Below are positions 39,538 through 48,195 of a stretch of 64,000 nucleotides of DNA, one piece after another. Position 1 is the stretch's first letter. The number at the start of each line of letters is the position of its first letter. A program made the position numbers and the translations under genes. Under the pieces are notes generated by a model. That model worked only from the letters and a program-made list of their open reading frames with translations. It searched no databases and had not been told where the DNA came from. Origin of the DNA: an uncultured bacterium (GTDB lineage Bacteria; Krumholzibacteriota; Krumholzibacteriia; WVZY01; JAKEHA01); contig CAZPQK010000016.1 in NCBI GenBank assembly GCA_964588695.1, positions 95 through 64,094 on the forward strand, in the 5' to 3' direction.

Positions 39538-40532
39538 GGTAGCTTCTCCCGCGCATCGGCGATAGCCTTCTTAGTGTCGTCGGTGGTGACATCGTGTTTG
39601 CCGGTCAGTTGCCCCGGCGCATAAAACGACTCGTTGTAAACGGGGTAGGCTTCACTCCGCAGGTGCGAAGGCATGTGGTGCCCAACACGCACCTCGCGTT
39701 CGTGACGAAGCGCCGAGATGTCCACCGGCGCGACCACAATCTTCTCGCCCGGCCCGGGGTCAGCTTGTGCAAGAATGCGTCCGTCGTAGTCCACAATCAT
39801 ACTTCCGCCAGGCCACGAAAACGGTGGGTAGCTGGAAAGACTCGCCGCCTGGTTAGAACTCACCACGTACGCGATGTTCTCTAACGCCCGGCAACGGTTC
39901 ACCACCGTCCACCAATCCATCGGTTCGGTCGCTCCCCACGGATCCATGTACGCACTGACTCGGATCAGCACCTCGGCACCGTTTGCGGTGAGCTGACGCA
40001 AACATTCCGGAAACAACCAGTCGTAACAAATCGCCACGCCCAACTTGCCGATCGGCGTGTCGGCCACGGGAAACATTTCTTCGTCGTAGCCTTCCAGGTC
40101 GTGCGGGCTTGCGTGCACTTCCCACGGCACCCACGGGTTCACCTTGCGATACTTGGTAAGAATTCCCTCCGGGCCAATCAAGCACGTCGCGTTAAACACC
40201 ATTCCCGGCCACTTTGGATCTTCTTCCAAGAAAGTCCCGGTCTGGATGAACACACCGAGATCCTTGGCCACCGCCGTGTAGCGCTCGGTATGTTCGTTGG
40301 GAACTTCCACGGTGAGATGTTTGCGCAACTCCGATGCGGTGGGATACACCGGCGCGGCGTGGGCAAACTCCGGAAACACCACCAGCTTTACCGGCAAGAA
40401 CGGGGAGTAACCTTCCACCGCCATTCGAGTCATGCCGATCATGTGCGCGACACGTTTGCCAATTTCGTCGCGGCTCTTGGGGTTCGGAAGATCAATTTGA
40501 CAGGCCGCCGCTGAATAGCGAATGTGGTCCAT
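39525..40532 (-). CDS. Carbon-nitrogen hydrolase of the aliphatic amidase/formamidase (AmiE/AmiF) family
   Basis: VVFPEF (catalytic Glu region), ...TKYRKVNPWVPWE... (compare AmiE KYRKIIPWCPIE) and ...GVAICYDWLFPE (catalytic Cys). AGGAGTG RBS before ATG 40532. Confidence 0.8.
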   Translation of the reverse strand: MDHIRYSAAACQIDLPNPKSRDEIGKRVAHMIGMTRMAVEGYSPFLPVKLVVFPEFAHAAPVYPTASELRKHLTVEVPNEHTERYTAVAKDLGVFIQTGTFLEEDPKWPGMVFNATCLIGPEGILTKYRKVNPWVPWEVHASPHDLEGYDEEMFPVADTPIGKLGVAICYDWLFPECLRQLTANGAEVLIRVSAYMDPWGATEPMDWWTVVNRCRALENIAYVVSSNQAASLSSYPPFSWPGGSMIVDYDGRILAQADPGPGEKIVVAPVDISALRHEREVRVGHHMPSHLRSEAYPVYNESFYAPGQLTGKHDVTTDDTKKAIADAREKLPWRK

Positions 40533-40735
40533 GGTTCGGGAGACACTCCTGGATGCTTGGTTGCGCAACTGTTGCAACTGCCAATGGTTGCGAGCCGACG
40601 TGGGGCTAGGATTCTAGCAAATTTACCCGAATCCGTCGTTTAGCAATTGCCCCCGCGGAGCAGACACTTCGCGCGGCTCGCCGCTGTGATAAACTCTAGC
40701 GAATCCACCGGTTTTTAGACATATTGAGCCCTAAC

Positions 40736-42985
40736 ATGCGCCCTTACCTGTTGCTATTAATAATGTCAACTGTGCTGGCGGTCATCGGTTGTTCGGACAC
40801 CGAAGATGCCGACACCAACGGCGCACCCGTGGCCGAACGCGGCATCGCGTCGCGGTCGATAACGCCGGGTGATCGGCCCGAAAGCCACCAGCGGATGGTG
40901 ACAGCGTTAGAGGAACTGGCAAAGCGTGCGCCCAACGAGAACAAGTATCAGGGCGACGGACGCGCGCTGCAGTTGCGCCAGGCCATCGCTCAACTTCCCA
41001 CCGACGCTTCCATCGTCGATCGCATGCGACTGCTTCGTTTTTCCGGTATGGCCGAACTGCGCGCCGGTAATGAAACCGAAAGTATCGCAGCGCTCACCGA
41101 AGCACGGCGACGACTCCCCGAAGCCCAAGGTCACATAAGCGCTTTGCAGGCGGCCGACGTCGTGTTCCGACTGGGCGTTGCCCACATGCGCCGCGGTGAA
41201 ACCGAAAACTGTTGCAACCGGTTTACGCCCGACAGTTGCATTCTTCCGATCCGCGGACGTGGGGTTCACGAAGACCCGTCGGGTTCGCGTGCGGCAATTG
41301 CGCACTTTAACGATGTGATGCAAATGCTCCCGGCCGACAACGACATGTACATGACGGCAAAATGGCTTACCAACATCGCGTATATGACCTTGGGTGAATA
41401 TCCCGGCGGCGTTCCCCGCAAGCACTTGATTGCCCCGGAGAAGTTCACCAGCGGAGTCGAGTTTCCGCGGATGCTAAACGTGGCACCGTCGCTTGGGCTC
41501 GATCGTTTTAACAGCTGTGGCAGCGTCATCCTGGACGACTTTACCGGCGACGACCAGATCGACGTGTTGACCTCAACGTGGGAGCCGCGCGGCGAACTTA
41601 AACTTTTTACCCGACAACCCGACGGGACCTTCGCCGATCAATCAAGCACGATAGGCCTGGGCGGAATCTTCGGCGGACTAAACCTGGTTCCCGCCGACTA
41701 CGACAACGACGGTGACCTGGACTTTCTGGTGCTGCGTGGCGCCTGGTTGGGTGACGCCGGACGGCATCCCAACTCGCTAGTGCAAAACAACGGCGACGGC
41801 ACCTTTACCGACGTTACTTTCGACGCAGGTCTCGGCGATGTGCACTACCCCACGCAAACCGCGGGATGGTCCGACTACGACAACGATGGCGACCTGGACG
41901 TGTACATTGGTAACGAGATGCTACAGGGACGCGAAGCCCCGGCGCAGTTGTTCCAGAACCAAGGTGACGGAACCTTCGTTGATGTTGCCGACGAGGCTGG
42001 CGTTCGTAACAACCGTTTTACCAAGTCGGTTTGCTGGGGGGATTACAACAATGACGGGCATCCGGATTTGTTCGTGTCAAACTTTCAAGGCGAAAACCGC
42101 CTGTACCAGAACCAGGGCGACGGAACGTTCATTGATGTCGCGCCCGAGTTAGAATTAACTCACCCGTTGCGCAGTTTTCCGGCGTGGTTTTTTGACTACG
42201 ACAACGACGGCAATCTGGACTTGTTTGTTTCGACCTACGACGGCCGTACCGCACAGATCGCCCGCTACTACGCCAACACCGCCCCGACCTCCGAGCCCGC
42301 GCGTCTTTACCGCGGCGACGGGCGCGGCGGCTTTGTTGACGTAAGCGTCGATGCCGGCCTGACCATGCCGATGTTGCCTATGGGCGCGAACTTTGCCGAC
42401 CTCGATGGCGACGGCTACCTGGACATGTACCTGGGTACCGGCGATCCCGACTATGCGTCCCTTATGCCCAACCTGTTGCTCATGAACGAAAAGGGCAATG
42501 GCTTTGTCGATGTCACGATGGCTGCCGGTGTCGGGTTGCTACAGAAGGGGCATGGTGTTGCATTTGCCGACCTGGATGCCGACGGCGACATCGACCTGTT
42601 CGAGCAAATGGGCGGCGCGTACATCGGTGACCGCTTTCGGGACGCGGTGTTTCAGAATCCGGGCTTTGACAACCATCATGTCGTTGTGCACTGCGTGGGT
42701 ACGCGTTCGAACCGTTCCGCTATCGGCGCGCGAATTGCGGTTACCGTGGACACGCCCGACGGCCCTCGCAACATCTATCGCCACGTCAACACTGGCGGCA
42801 GTTTCGGCGCAAACCCGCTACGACAAACAATTGGCATTGGCAAGGCAACCCGCATTGCGTCGATCGAAGTGTACTGGCCCACCACAAAGATCACCCAGCG
42901 GATCGGCGACGTTCCGCTGGGTGCAAAGGTTCGCGTCACCGAAGGGACCGGCGCCGAAGGTACGATTGACGTTAGCGAGCCGTAA
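40736..42985 (+). CDS. Lipoprotein: TPR N-terminal region + CRTAC1-type FG-GAP repeats + ASPIC/UnbV
   Basis: MRPYLLLLIMSTVLAVIGCSD lipobox (the track ORF starts at TTG 40724). DYDNDGDLDFL / DYDNDGDLDVYIG / DLDGDGYLDMYLG repeats. The C-terminal ...SAIGARIAVTV... matches the ASPIC/UnbV region. Confidence 0.8.
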   Translation: MRPYLLLLIMSTVLAVIGCSDTEDADTNGAPVAERGIASRSITPGDRPESHQRMVTALEELAKRAPNENKYQGDGRALQLRQAIAQLPTDASIVDRMRLLRFSGMAELRAGNETESIAALTEARRRLPEAQGHISALQAADVVFRLGVAHMRRGETENCCNRFTPDSCILPIRGRGVHEDPSGSRAAIAHFNDVMQMLPADNDMYMTAKWLTNIAYMTLGEYPGGVPRKHLIAPEKFTSGVEFPRMLNVAPSLGLDRFNSCGSVILDDFTGDDQIDVLTSTWEPRGELKLFTRQPDGTFADQSSTIGLGGIFGGLNLVPADYDNDGDLDFLVLRGAWLGDAGRHPNSLVQNNGDGTFTDVTFDAGLGDVHYPTQTAGWSDYDNDGDLDVYIGNEMLQGREAPAQLFQNQGDGTFVDVADEAGVRNNRFTKSVCWGDYNNDGHPDLFVSNFQGENRLYQNQGDGTFIDVAPELELTHPLRSFPAWFFDYDNDGNLDLFVSTYDGRTAQIARYYANTAPTSEPARLYRGDGRGGFVDVSVDAGLTMPMLPMGANFADLDGDGYLDMYLGTGDPDYASLMPNLLLMNEKGNGFVDVTMAAGVGLLQKGHGVAFADLDADGDIDLFEQMGGAYIGDRFRDAVFQNPGFDNHHVVVHCVGTRSNRSAIGARIAVTVDTPDGPRNIYRHVNTGGSFGANPLRQTIGIGKATRIASIEVYWPTTKITQRIGDVPLGAKVRVTEGTGAEGTIDVSEP

Positions 42986-44057
42986 GTTCGGCCAAACGCT
43001 CGATGCTGGCCTTAGTCTTCGGCGACCACCCGGAATGAATCTCGGTAATGACCCCGCGTTCGTCTAACACAAAAGACAGCGGGATGAAGACTTCCGACGT
43101 CGCGTATATCTTTTCGATCAGACTTCCGTCCGCAACAAACACCGGATAGTTAACCTTACGTTTGTCGACGTAACGATTGACCACATCCAGACCGCCGGCA
43201 TCCAGACTAAGGCCGACAATCTCGACATCGCTTTTGCGCAGACGCGGATAGTTTTTAACTAGCTCCGGAATTTCGGTTGCGCACGGAACGCAATACGTCG
43301 CCCACAGGTTAACCAGCACCTTCTTACCCGGAGGAATCGCCGACGTCATCGGCATCGACTCGCCTTTAAGGTTGGTCACCGCCTCCAACGGAAACCGGTC
43401 GCCAACGCTGACGCTCAGCTTGGCCAAATACGCTTCGTCGGGCGCCAATGGATCGGGAAGACTAGCGGCCACTTCGGCGACGGCCGTCGGCGTGTCGACG
43501 CCCTCGGTAATACTGATCGAGGCTCCCGCCGCCACATTCGCAACCCGCTGCTTCGCTCCGGACGGCCAGGTCACTTCCACCCACTCGGCGCTGGCGTCCT
43601 GGCCCAGGCCAAACAACAATCGTGGATCATGCTGGGAAAGGTATCCTGCGCCGCCCGACTTTGCCTTGGTTAACACGCCGCTGGTTGTCTTCACCCGAAC
43701 GACCGCGCCAAACGCATCTGTGCCCGATTGAGTTCCGGTGAGAGCAACGCGCAAGTGGCGGTTATCGCTTCCAACGTTGTTGCGGTACAAGAAATGTGCG
43801 TTGCCCTGAATGCGAGTAAGAAAGATATCGACGTCGCCGTCGTTGTCAAAGTCGGCCATTACCGCGCCACGACCATCGCCAATGTCGCTAACACCGGAAA
43901 CACCCGAGAGGTTTTTGTACTTTTTGTTGCCGAGATTCAGCCACAGCCCGTCGCGTTCGTACCCGCTAAAAGAGAATCCTTCGCTAAACAGTTGTGCGTG
44001 GCCGTCGGCGAACTCGCGACTTCCTGCTTGATCCAGCTCAACTTGAGACGCCAACAC
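42972..44057 (-). CDS. ASPIC/UnbV domain + TlpA-like thioredoxin (redoxin) domain; likely the C-terminal part of the gene at 44076..45749, separated only by an in-frame TGA
   Basis: ...DFDNDGDVDIFL...GYLSQHDPRLLFGLG (FG-GAP + ASPIC) then ...LVNLWATYCVPCATEIPEL (CxxC redoxin). No signal peptide or start context of its own. The GTG start lies 18 nt (6 sense codons) after the TGA, in the same frame as the upstream ORF. Confidence 0.6.
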   Translation of the reverse strand: MLASQVELDQAGSREFADGHAQLFSEGFSFSGYERDGLWLNLGNKKYKNLSGVSGVSDIGDGRGAVMADFDNDGDVDIFLTRIQGNAHFLYRNNVGSDNRHLRVALTGTQSGTDAFGAVVRVKTTSGVLTKAKSGGAGYLSQHDPRLLFGLGQDASAEWVEVTWPSGAKQRVANVAAGASISITEGVDTPTAVAEVAASLPDPLAPDEAYLAKLSVSVGDRFPLEAVTNLKGESMPMTSAIPPGKKVLVNLWATYCVPCATEIPELVKNYPRLRKSDVEIVGLSLDAGGLDVVNRYVDKRKVNYPVFVADGSLIEKIYATSEVFIPLSFVLDERGVITEIHSGWSPKTKASIERLAELTAR

Positions 44058-44075
44058 GTGGCGCCAGAAGAACGA

Positions 44076-45749
44076 TCACGTGTCCTTCATGAACTTTCCG
44101 GACACAAATCCGTTGGGGTTGTAAAGGTCTTCCCAACCATCGTTGTCGAAGTCCATGAATCCACCGCCCCACGCCCATCCGCCAGAGAGCCCGCCAACGT
44201 CTTTAGTAACGTCGCGAAACGTGCCATCGCCCTGGTTTTCAAAAAGCGAGTTCCCGGCGGCAAGTTTGCGCAGCAGGGCACCGTCCGGGTCTTGTGCCTG
44301 TTGGGGAAAGATGCGTTTCAGGATTCGGTTGCCTGCAGTCGACGACATGTTGGTGACGTGAAGGTCAAGGTCGCCGTCGTTATCGTAGTCGCCAAAACTC
44401 ACTCCCATGCCGTTACCGGGATCCGTGACACCAGCAAGATTGGCCTGATCGGTAAAACGCCCGCCATCGTTAACGTAAAGCGCGTTCAACCCGTAGTCGT
44501 TGGCCACGTACAGGTCCTGGTCGCCGTCGCCATCAAAGTCGGCAAACTCGGCGGCGTAGCTCCAGCGCGAGTCGTCCAAACCAAACTCGGCGGCCTTTTC
44601 GGCAAACTTGCCGTTGCCCTGATTCACAAACAGCCGGTTGGGCGTTCCGTTGGTCGCCGCGCCCCACGAGTTGGGCATGACGGTTCCGTAGCGATTGTAG
44701 GAAGCAACATAAATATCCGGCAGTCCGTCGCTATTAATGTCTCCCGCCACCGCGCTAAACCCGATTGCGGACACGTTGACACCAGCTTCGATCGATACGT
44801 CAACGAACGTAAGTTTACCGTCGGGAACCAGGCGGTTTTCCAAGAGCAGTTGGTTGCCGACCGCGGCAAGAAACAGGTCCGAATCGCCGTCGTTGTCGTA
44901 GTCGACAAACAGTGGCCCGGTGACTTCGCCGGGAAGAATGCTAACGCCCACTTCGTCCCCGGCTTTAACAAACTTGCCTTTGCCGTCGTTCAAATACAGG
45001 TGATGTCGGTCCAGGCCCGCGGCGAACACATCAATGTCGCCGTCACCATCTACGTCCGCCGCGGCCGCGCCATTCCACGCAAAGCTTTGGTTGCTGGGCT
45101 CACCGTAACGCGGAATGGTGAGCGCCACGCCGGCGGGAACACTTACTTCGGAAAACAAGTCGGCGGTCGCGACAATCGACTCAAACGACTCCAGTGAGAG
45201 GTCGGTAAACTGCCAATTGCGGTTGCCATTGGCATCGGGGGGTGCCAATGCGAACCTGGCACTCATCCAACTCTGAACCCATTCGCGATGACCGTTACCA
45301 TCGCGCCCTACCACAAACATAAACACCCGCGCGGCGCCGTGGCTGTCGTCGGCAAAGTTGGCTTCCTTCACCTTAAAACGAACGTCTTCCACTTCGCTAA
45401 AATGCGAGTAAAAGCCTTCCCATGCTTTCAGGAAATCTGCATGGCTCATCTTTGTTGCTTGTGTGGAAAAGTTCCAGCTGTGCGACTGTATCCATTTAAC
45501 TTCGGTGTTAGTCTCGCCCGGAGCGACGGGAAACGCTGTGGCGTTTAAGCTGGCCGGAAAGTATCGGGCAACTTGGGGCATATCGCGATTACGTGCGTCA
45601 ACCGACAAAGCCAGCAGGTCGTTGGCTAACGACTCCGACAAGTCTTCGACCTGTTCCATTTGATCACGATCCACGGGCGGTTCCGCGCGCACGGCGGAGC
45701 CAGCGAATAATGCCGAAAATAGTAGAAGTATACCGAGCGAAGCTTTCAT
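44076..45749 (-). CDS. Secreted FG-GAP-repeat protein (CRTAC1-family N-terminal part); ends at the TGA that precedes 42972..44057
   Basis: Signal peptide MKASLGILLLFSALFAGSAVRA. Multiple DxDGDGDxD repeats. Ends ...GKFMKDT-TGA. Confidence 0.75.
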   Translation of the reverse strand: MKASLGILLLFSALFAGSAVRAEPPVDRDQMEQVEDLSESLANDLLALSVDARNRDMPQVARYFPASLNATAFPVAPGETNTEVKWIQSHSWNFSTQATKMSHADFLKAWEGFYSHFSEVEDVRFKVKEANFADDSHGAARVFMFVVGRDGNGHREWVQSWMSARFALAPPDANGNRNWQFTDLSLESFESIVATADLFSEVSVPAGVALTIPRYGEPSNQSFAWNGAAAADVDGDGDIDVFAAGLDRHHLYLNDGKGKFVKAGDEVGVSILPGEVTGPLFVDYDNDGDSDLFLAAVGNQLLLENRLVPDGKLTFVDVSIEAGVNVSAIGFSAVAGDINSDGLPDIYVASYNRYGTVMPNSWGAATNGTPNRLFVNQGNGKFAEKAAEFGLDDSRWSYAAEFADFDGDGDQDLYVANDYGLNALYVNDGGRFTDQANLAGVTDPGNGMGVSFGDYDNDGDLDLHVTNMSSTAGNRILKRIFPQQAQDPDGALLRKLAAGNSLFENQGDGTFRDVTKDVGGLSGGWAWGGGFMDFDNDGWEDLYNPNGFVSGKFMKDT

Positions 45750-45864
45750 CGTGTCTCCGGCTTGAGCCAGTTAGCAATCAGAACCATATTGCGAACCCTA
45801 TGATTGTAGTGGATTTGCGCATCCGGAACCAGGAATTGGTGATGCGAAACCGCAGCGCGGGTCC

Positions 45865-46677
45865 CTAGGCACTGGACGATAGGTGGGCTTTTAATCTGCT
45901 TGCTAGCGGCTCGGGAAGCTGTCCGGCACGAATGTTAACGCAGGCATCTTTTGCCAGATCCAGCCCCGCGAACATCGAACGGCAGCGGTCGCAGAGATCA
46001 TCGTCCGGCATTGCAAAAGGAACGCCTTTGTCGAGACTTTCCATCTTTGCGTGAAGGAGGTCTAGACAAAGATGAGGATTAACTTGTTCGGCTTCAACAT
46101 GTCGAGATGGAAAGTTCTTCGCCACTGCATCACGCACCAGCAGCCGAGCTCTGTGCACGCGGGTCTTTACCGTCGCCTCTTTGACGTCCAGAATCTCTGC
46201 GATATCTGCCTGCGAAAGTCCGGCGATGTCAGACAACACCAGGGAAATCCGGAATGCCTCCGGTAGTTTCGCGATTGCGAGTTCGACCGTCGCGCGCGCC
46301 TCTTCCCTGATTATGTCGTCCAACGGGTCGGTGTTAATACTGGGAATAGCAGCTATCGGAGCGTCGGGCCGGGGTAAGAGTTCCTCCCACGACGCCAGAT
46401 GTTCGGGTTCGCCAGCTCGCTTTCGCTTCATGCGCTGGCAAGCCCGAACGGCGATGGACCACAGCCAAGTCGACGGCTTGGAGCGACCCTCGAACGTGCT
46501 CCACGACCGATGTGCGCGCAAAAACGTCTCCTGCACAAGGTCCTCGGCTGCCTCCTTAGAAGGACACATCCGAAGACCAAGCGAATAGATTGTAGACGCG
46601 TGTTCTTGGTACAGGTCACTAAGCGTGATGTCGGATCGGTGGCTCACCCCGCTAGTGTAATCAACACTCGCCTCCAC
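45865..46677 (-). CDS. ECF (sigma-70 family) RNA polymerase sigma factor with a fused C-terminal ZAS-like zinc-finger domain
   Basis: Sigma region 2 (...DLVQETFLRAHRSW...) and region 4 (...LSQADIAEILDVKEATVKTRVHRAR...). The C-terminal ...HLCLDLLHAKMESLDKGVPFAMPDDDLCDRC... carries an H-x3-C-x2-C-like Cys/His cluster. Confidence 0.8.
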   Translation of the reverse strand: MEASVDYTSGVSHRSDITLSDLYQEHASTIYSLGLRMCPSKEAAEDLVQETFLRAHRSWSTFEGRSKPSTWLWSIAVRACQRMKRKRAGEPEHLASWEELLPRPDAPIAAIPSINTDPLDDIIREEARATVELAIAKLPEAFRISLVLSDIAGLSQADIAEILDVKEATVKTRVHRARLLVRDAVAKNFPSRHVEAEQVNPHLCLDLLHAKMESLDKGVPFAMPDDDLCDRCRSMFAGLDLAKDACVNIRAGQLPEPLASRLKAHLSSSA

Positions 46678-46693
46678 GACAAGCTCGCAGCAT

Positions 46694-46879
46694 TTACTTG
46701 AAGCCGAACTTTCTTAGCAGGCTCATCATCGGGCACCAGCCCGTGAATGCCGACTGAACCAGATTAATGGCAACAAACAGCGTAAACAGGAACCACAGCG
46801 GGCTCACCCAGTACCCGAGCGCTACGCTTGCAGCGACAAAGGTCCCCGCGATGAGTCTTAGCGTTTCATCAAGCGTCAT
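46694..46879 (-). CDS. DUF2892 (YgaP-like) small inner-membrane protein
   Basis: 61 aa, two TM helices and a conserved C-terminal ...FTGWCPMMSLL... motif. Confidence 0.6.
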   Translation of the reverse strand: MTLDETLRLIAGTFVAASVALGYWVSPLWFLFTLFVAINLVQSAFTGWCPMMSLLRKFGFK

Positions 46880-46894
46880 GGTGCTCTCCTTGGT

Positions 46895-48193
46895 TTAGAA
46901 ACTGTAACGAATTCGGACATAAGCGTTAGAGTTGTCTTCGAGTTGTCCAAAAAATGTATTGGCATCGCCAGCCATGACATTGGCACCAGCGGCGATGGTG
47001 ATGGTGTCGGAGATCTTACGGGTTACCGCGGGTCGCCAGTGGGAATCGCCCTGCTCGGGGGCGAAGAACCCAAACAGCGCCAGCGTTAGAGTGTCCTGTT
47101 GCAAGCGCCAGGTAAGTCGGGCTGTCAGTAGCGTACGGGTTTCGTCGGGCTTGACCTCCCCCGCCGCCAACTGCGCAACCATTTCATCGTGGTTGAGCCA
47201 TTTTTCGACGTAGCCCTGGAAACCACCGGTTACATTTCTGAACAACTCCCTTTCGAAACCAACCAACACACGCGCTTGCGAATTGGGAAGGCGCGGGTCG
47301 TTACCCTCCCGGTCTCCGCGAGACACGTACATGCTTCCCTCAGCATTGGCAACACCCCCGAGAAGATTCCCGCGTACGCTCGCACCCGCCGCCGCCATGC
47401 GTGCGAATGTCAGTGAACTATCGATAGTGGCCGTCGGCTGCTTGAAAAATCCCCAGTAGCCGTAGATAGCCAACTCCATCGCGTTGGCGTTGCGAAACAA
47501 TCGAGCGGCCAGTTCGGAGTTTTCTAGCGTCTGATCGGGTAAAGATGCTGCAAGGGGTCGCCCCATCGTCTCGGCGCTGACTAGTTTATCATTGGACGGA
47601 TCGTAGAAAGAAAACCGTTCACCTGTGAGATATCGGTCCGGCGAGAACAGCGGTGTCCACACCACATCGAAGTTAAGCGCCCGCGTAAACGCGCTGAACT
47701 TTATGGCGTTGGACGGGGCTTTTAAAAACTCATCGTCGCGCCCCGCGAAGAACGACACGAAGTCTTTAGGGAACAAGTCGTTCAAAAACACCAGGTCGCC
47801 GGTTCCCCACGTTAACACTTGCCTCCCCGCCCGAACATCCAACCAGTCGCCGGCACGAAACAAAAGCCACGCCATGCGAAGATCTACGTCGGTAGCACCT
47901 AGCAGGGCATCGTTTAACAAGTCGGCTTTTACCGAAACTTCAGCCTTGTCGGAGTAATGCGCCAGATCGAAACGAAAACGCGCCTCCCCCAAGGTAGCAC
48001 CGCGCGATTGCGTAGCGTCGTCCTGTAGCCGTGCACCACCCGCCGCTTCCACATAGCCATGAATAGGAATGGCGTGAGACTCCTCGCCCCAGTCGTCGTC
48101 GCCCCAATCGTCCTGTCCCAGGACCGGAGTCGTGAGCGGAGTGGTCACCAACAACACTGCCAGCACGGCCATTCTAAGAAAGGAAAACCCCAT
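46895..48193 (-). CDS. Putative outer-membrane beta-barrel protein (DUF1302-like)
   Basis: Signal peptide MGFSFLRMAVLAVLLVTTPLTTPVLGQ. Alternating beta-strand character, C-terminal ...RIRYSF (terminal Phe). Adjacent to an RND exporter. Confidence 0.5.
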   Translation of the reverse strand: MGFSFLRMAVLAVLLVTTPLTTPVLGQDDWGDDDWGEESHAIPIHGYVEAAGGARLQDDATQSRGATLGEARFRFDLAHYSDKAEVSVKADLLNDALLGATDVDLRMAWLLFRAGDWLDVRAGRQVLTWGTGDLVFLNDLFPKDFVSFFAGRDDEFLKAPSNAIKFSAFTRALNFDVVWTPLFSPDRYLTGERFSFYDPSNDKLVSAETMGRPLAASLPDQTLENSELAARLFRNANAMELAIYGYWGFFKQPTATIDSSLTFARMAAAGASVRGNLLGGVANAEGSMYVSRGDREGNDPRLPNSQARVLVGFERELFRNVTGGFQGYVEKWLNHDEMVAQLAAGEVKPDETRTLLTARLTWRLQQDTLTLALFGFFAPEQGDSHWRPAVTRKISDTITIAAGANVMAGDANTFFGQLEDNSNAYVRIRYSF

Positions 48194-48195
48194 TG

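Noticed and set aside
43728-45197. 489-aa plus-strand ORF antisense to the FG-GAP gene 44076..45749
   Set aside because: Same artefact: the repeat-rich, GC-biased coding strand leaves the opposite strand open. Translation is low complexity (V/A/G-rich) with no recognisable domain.
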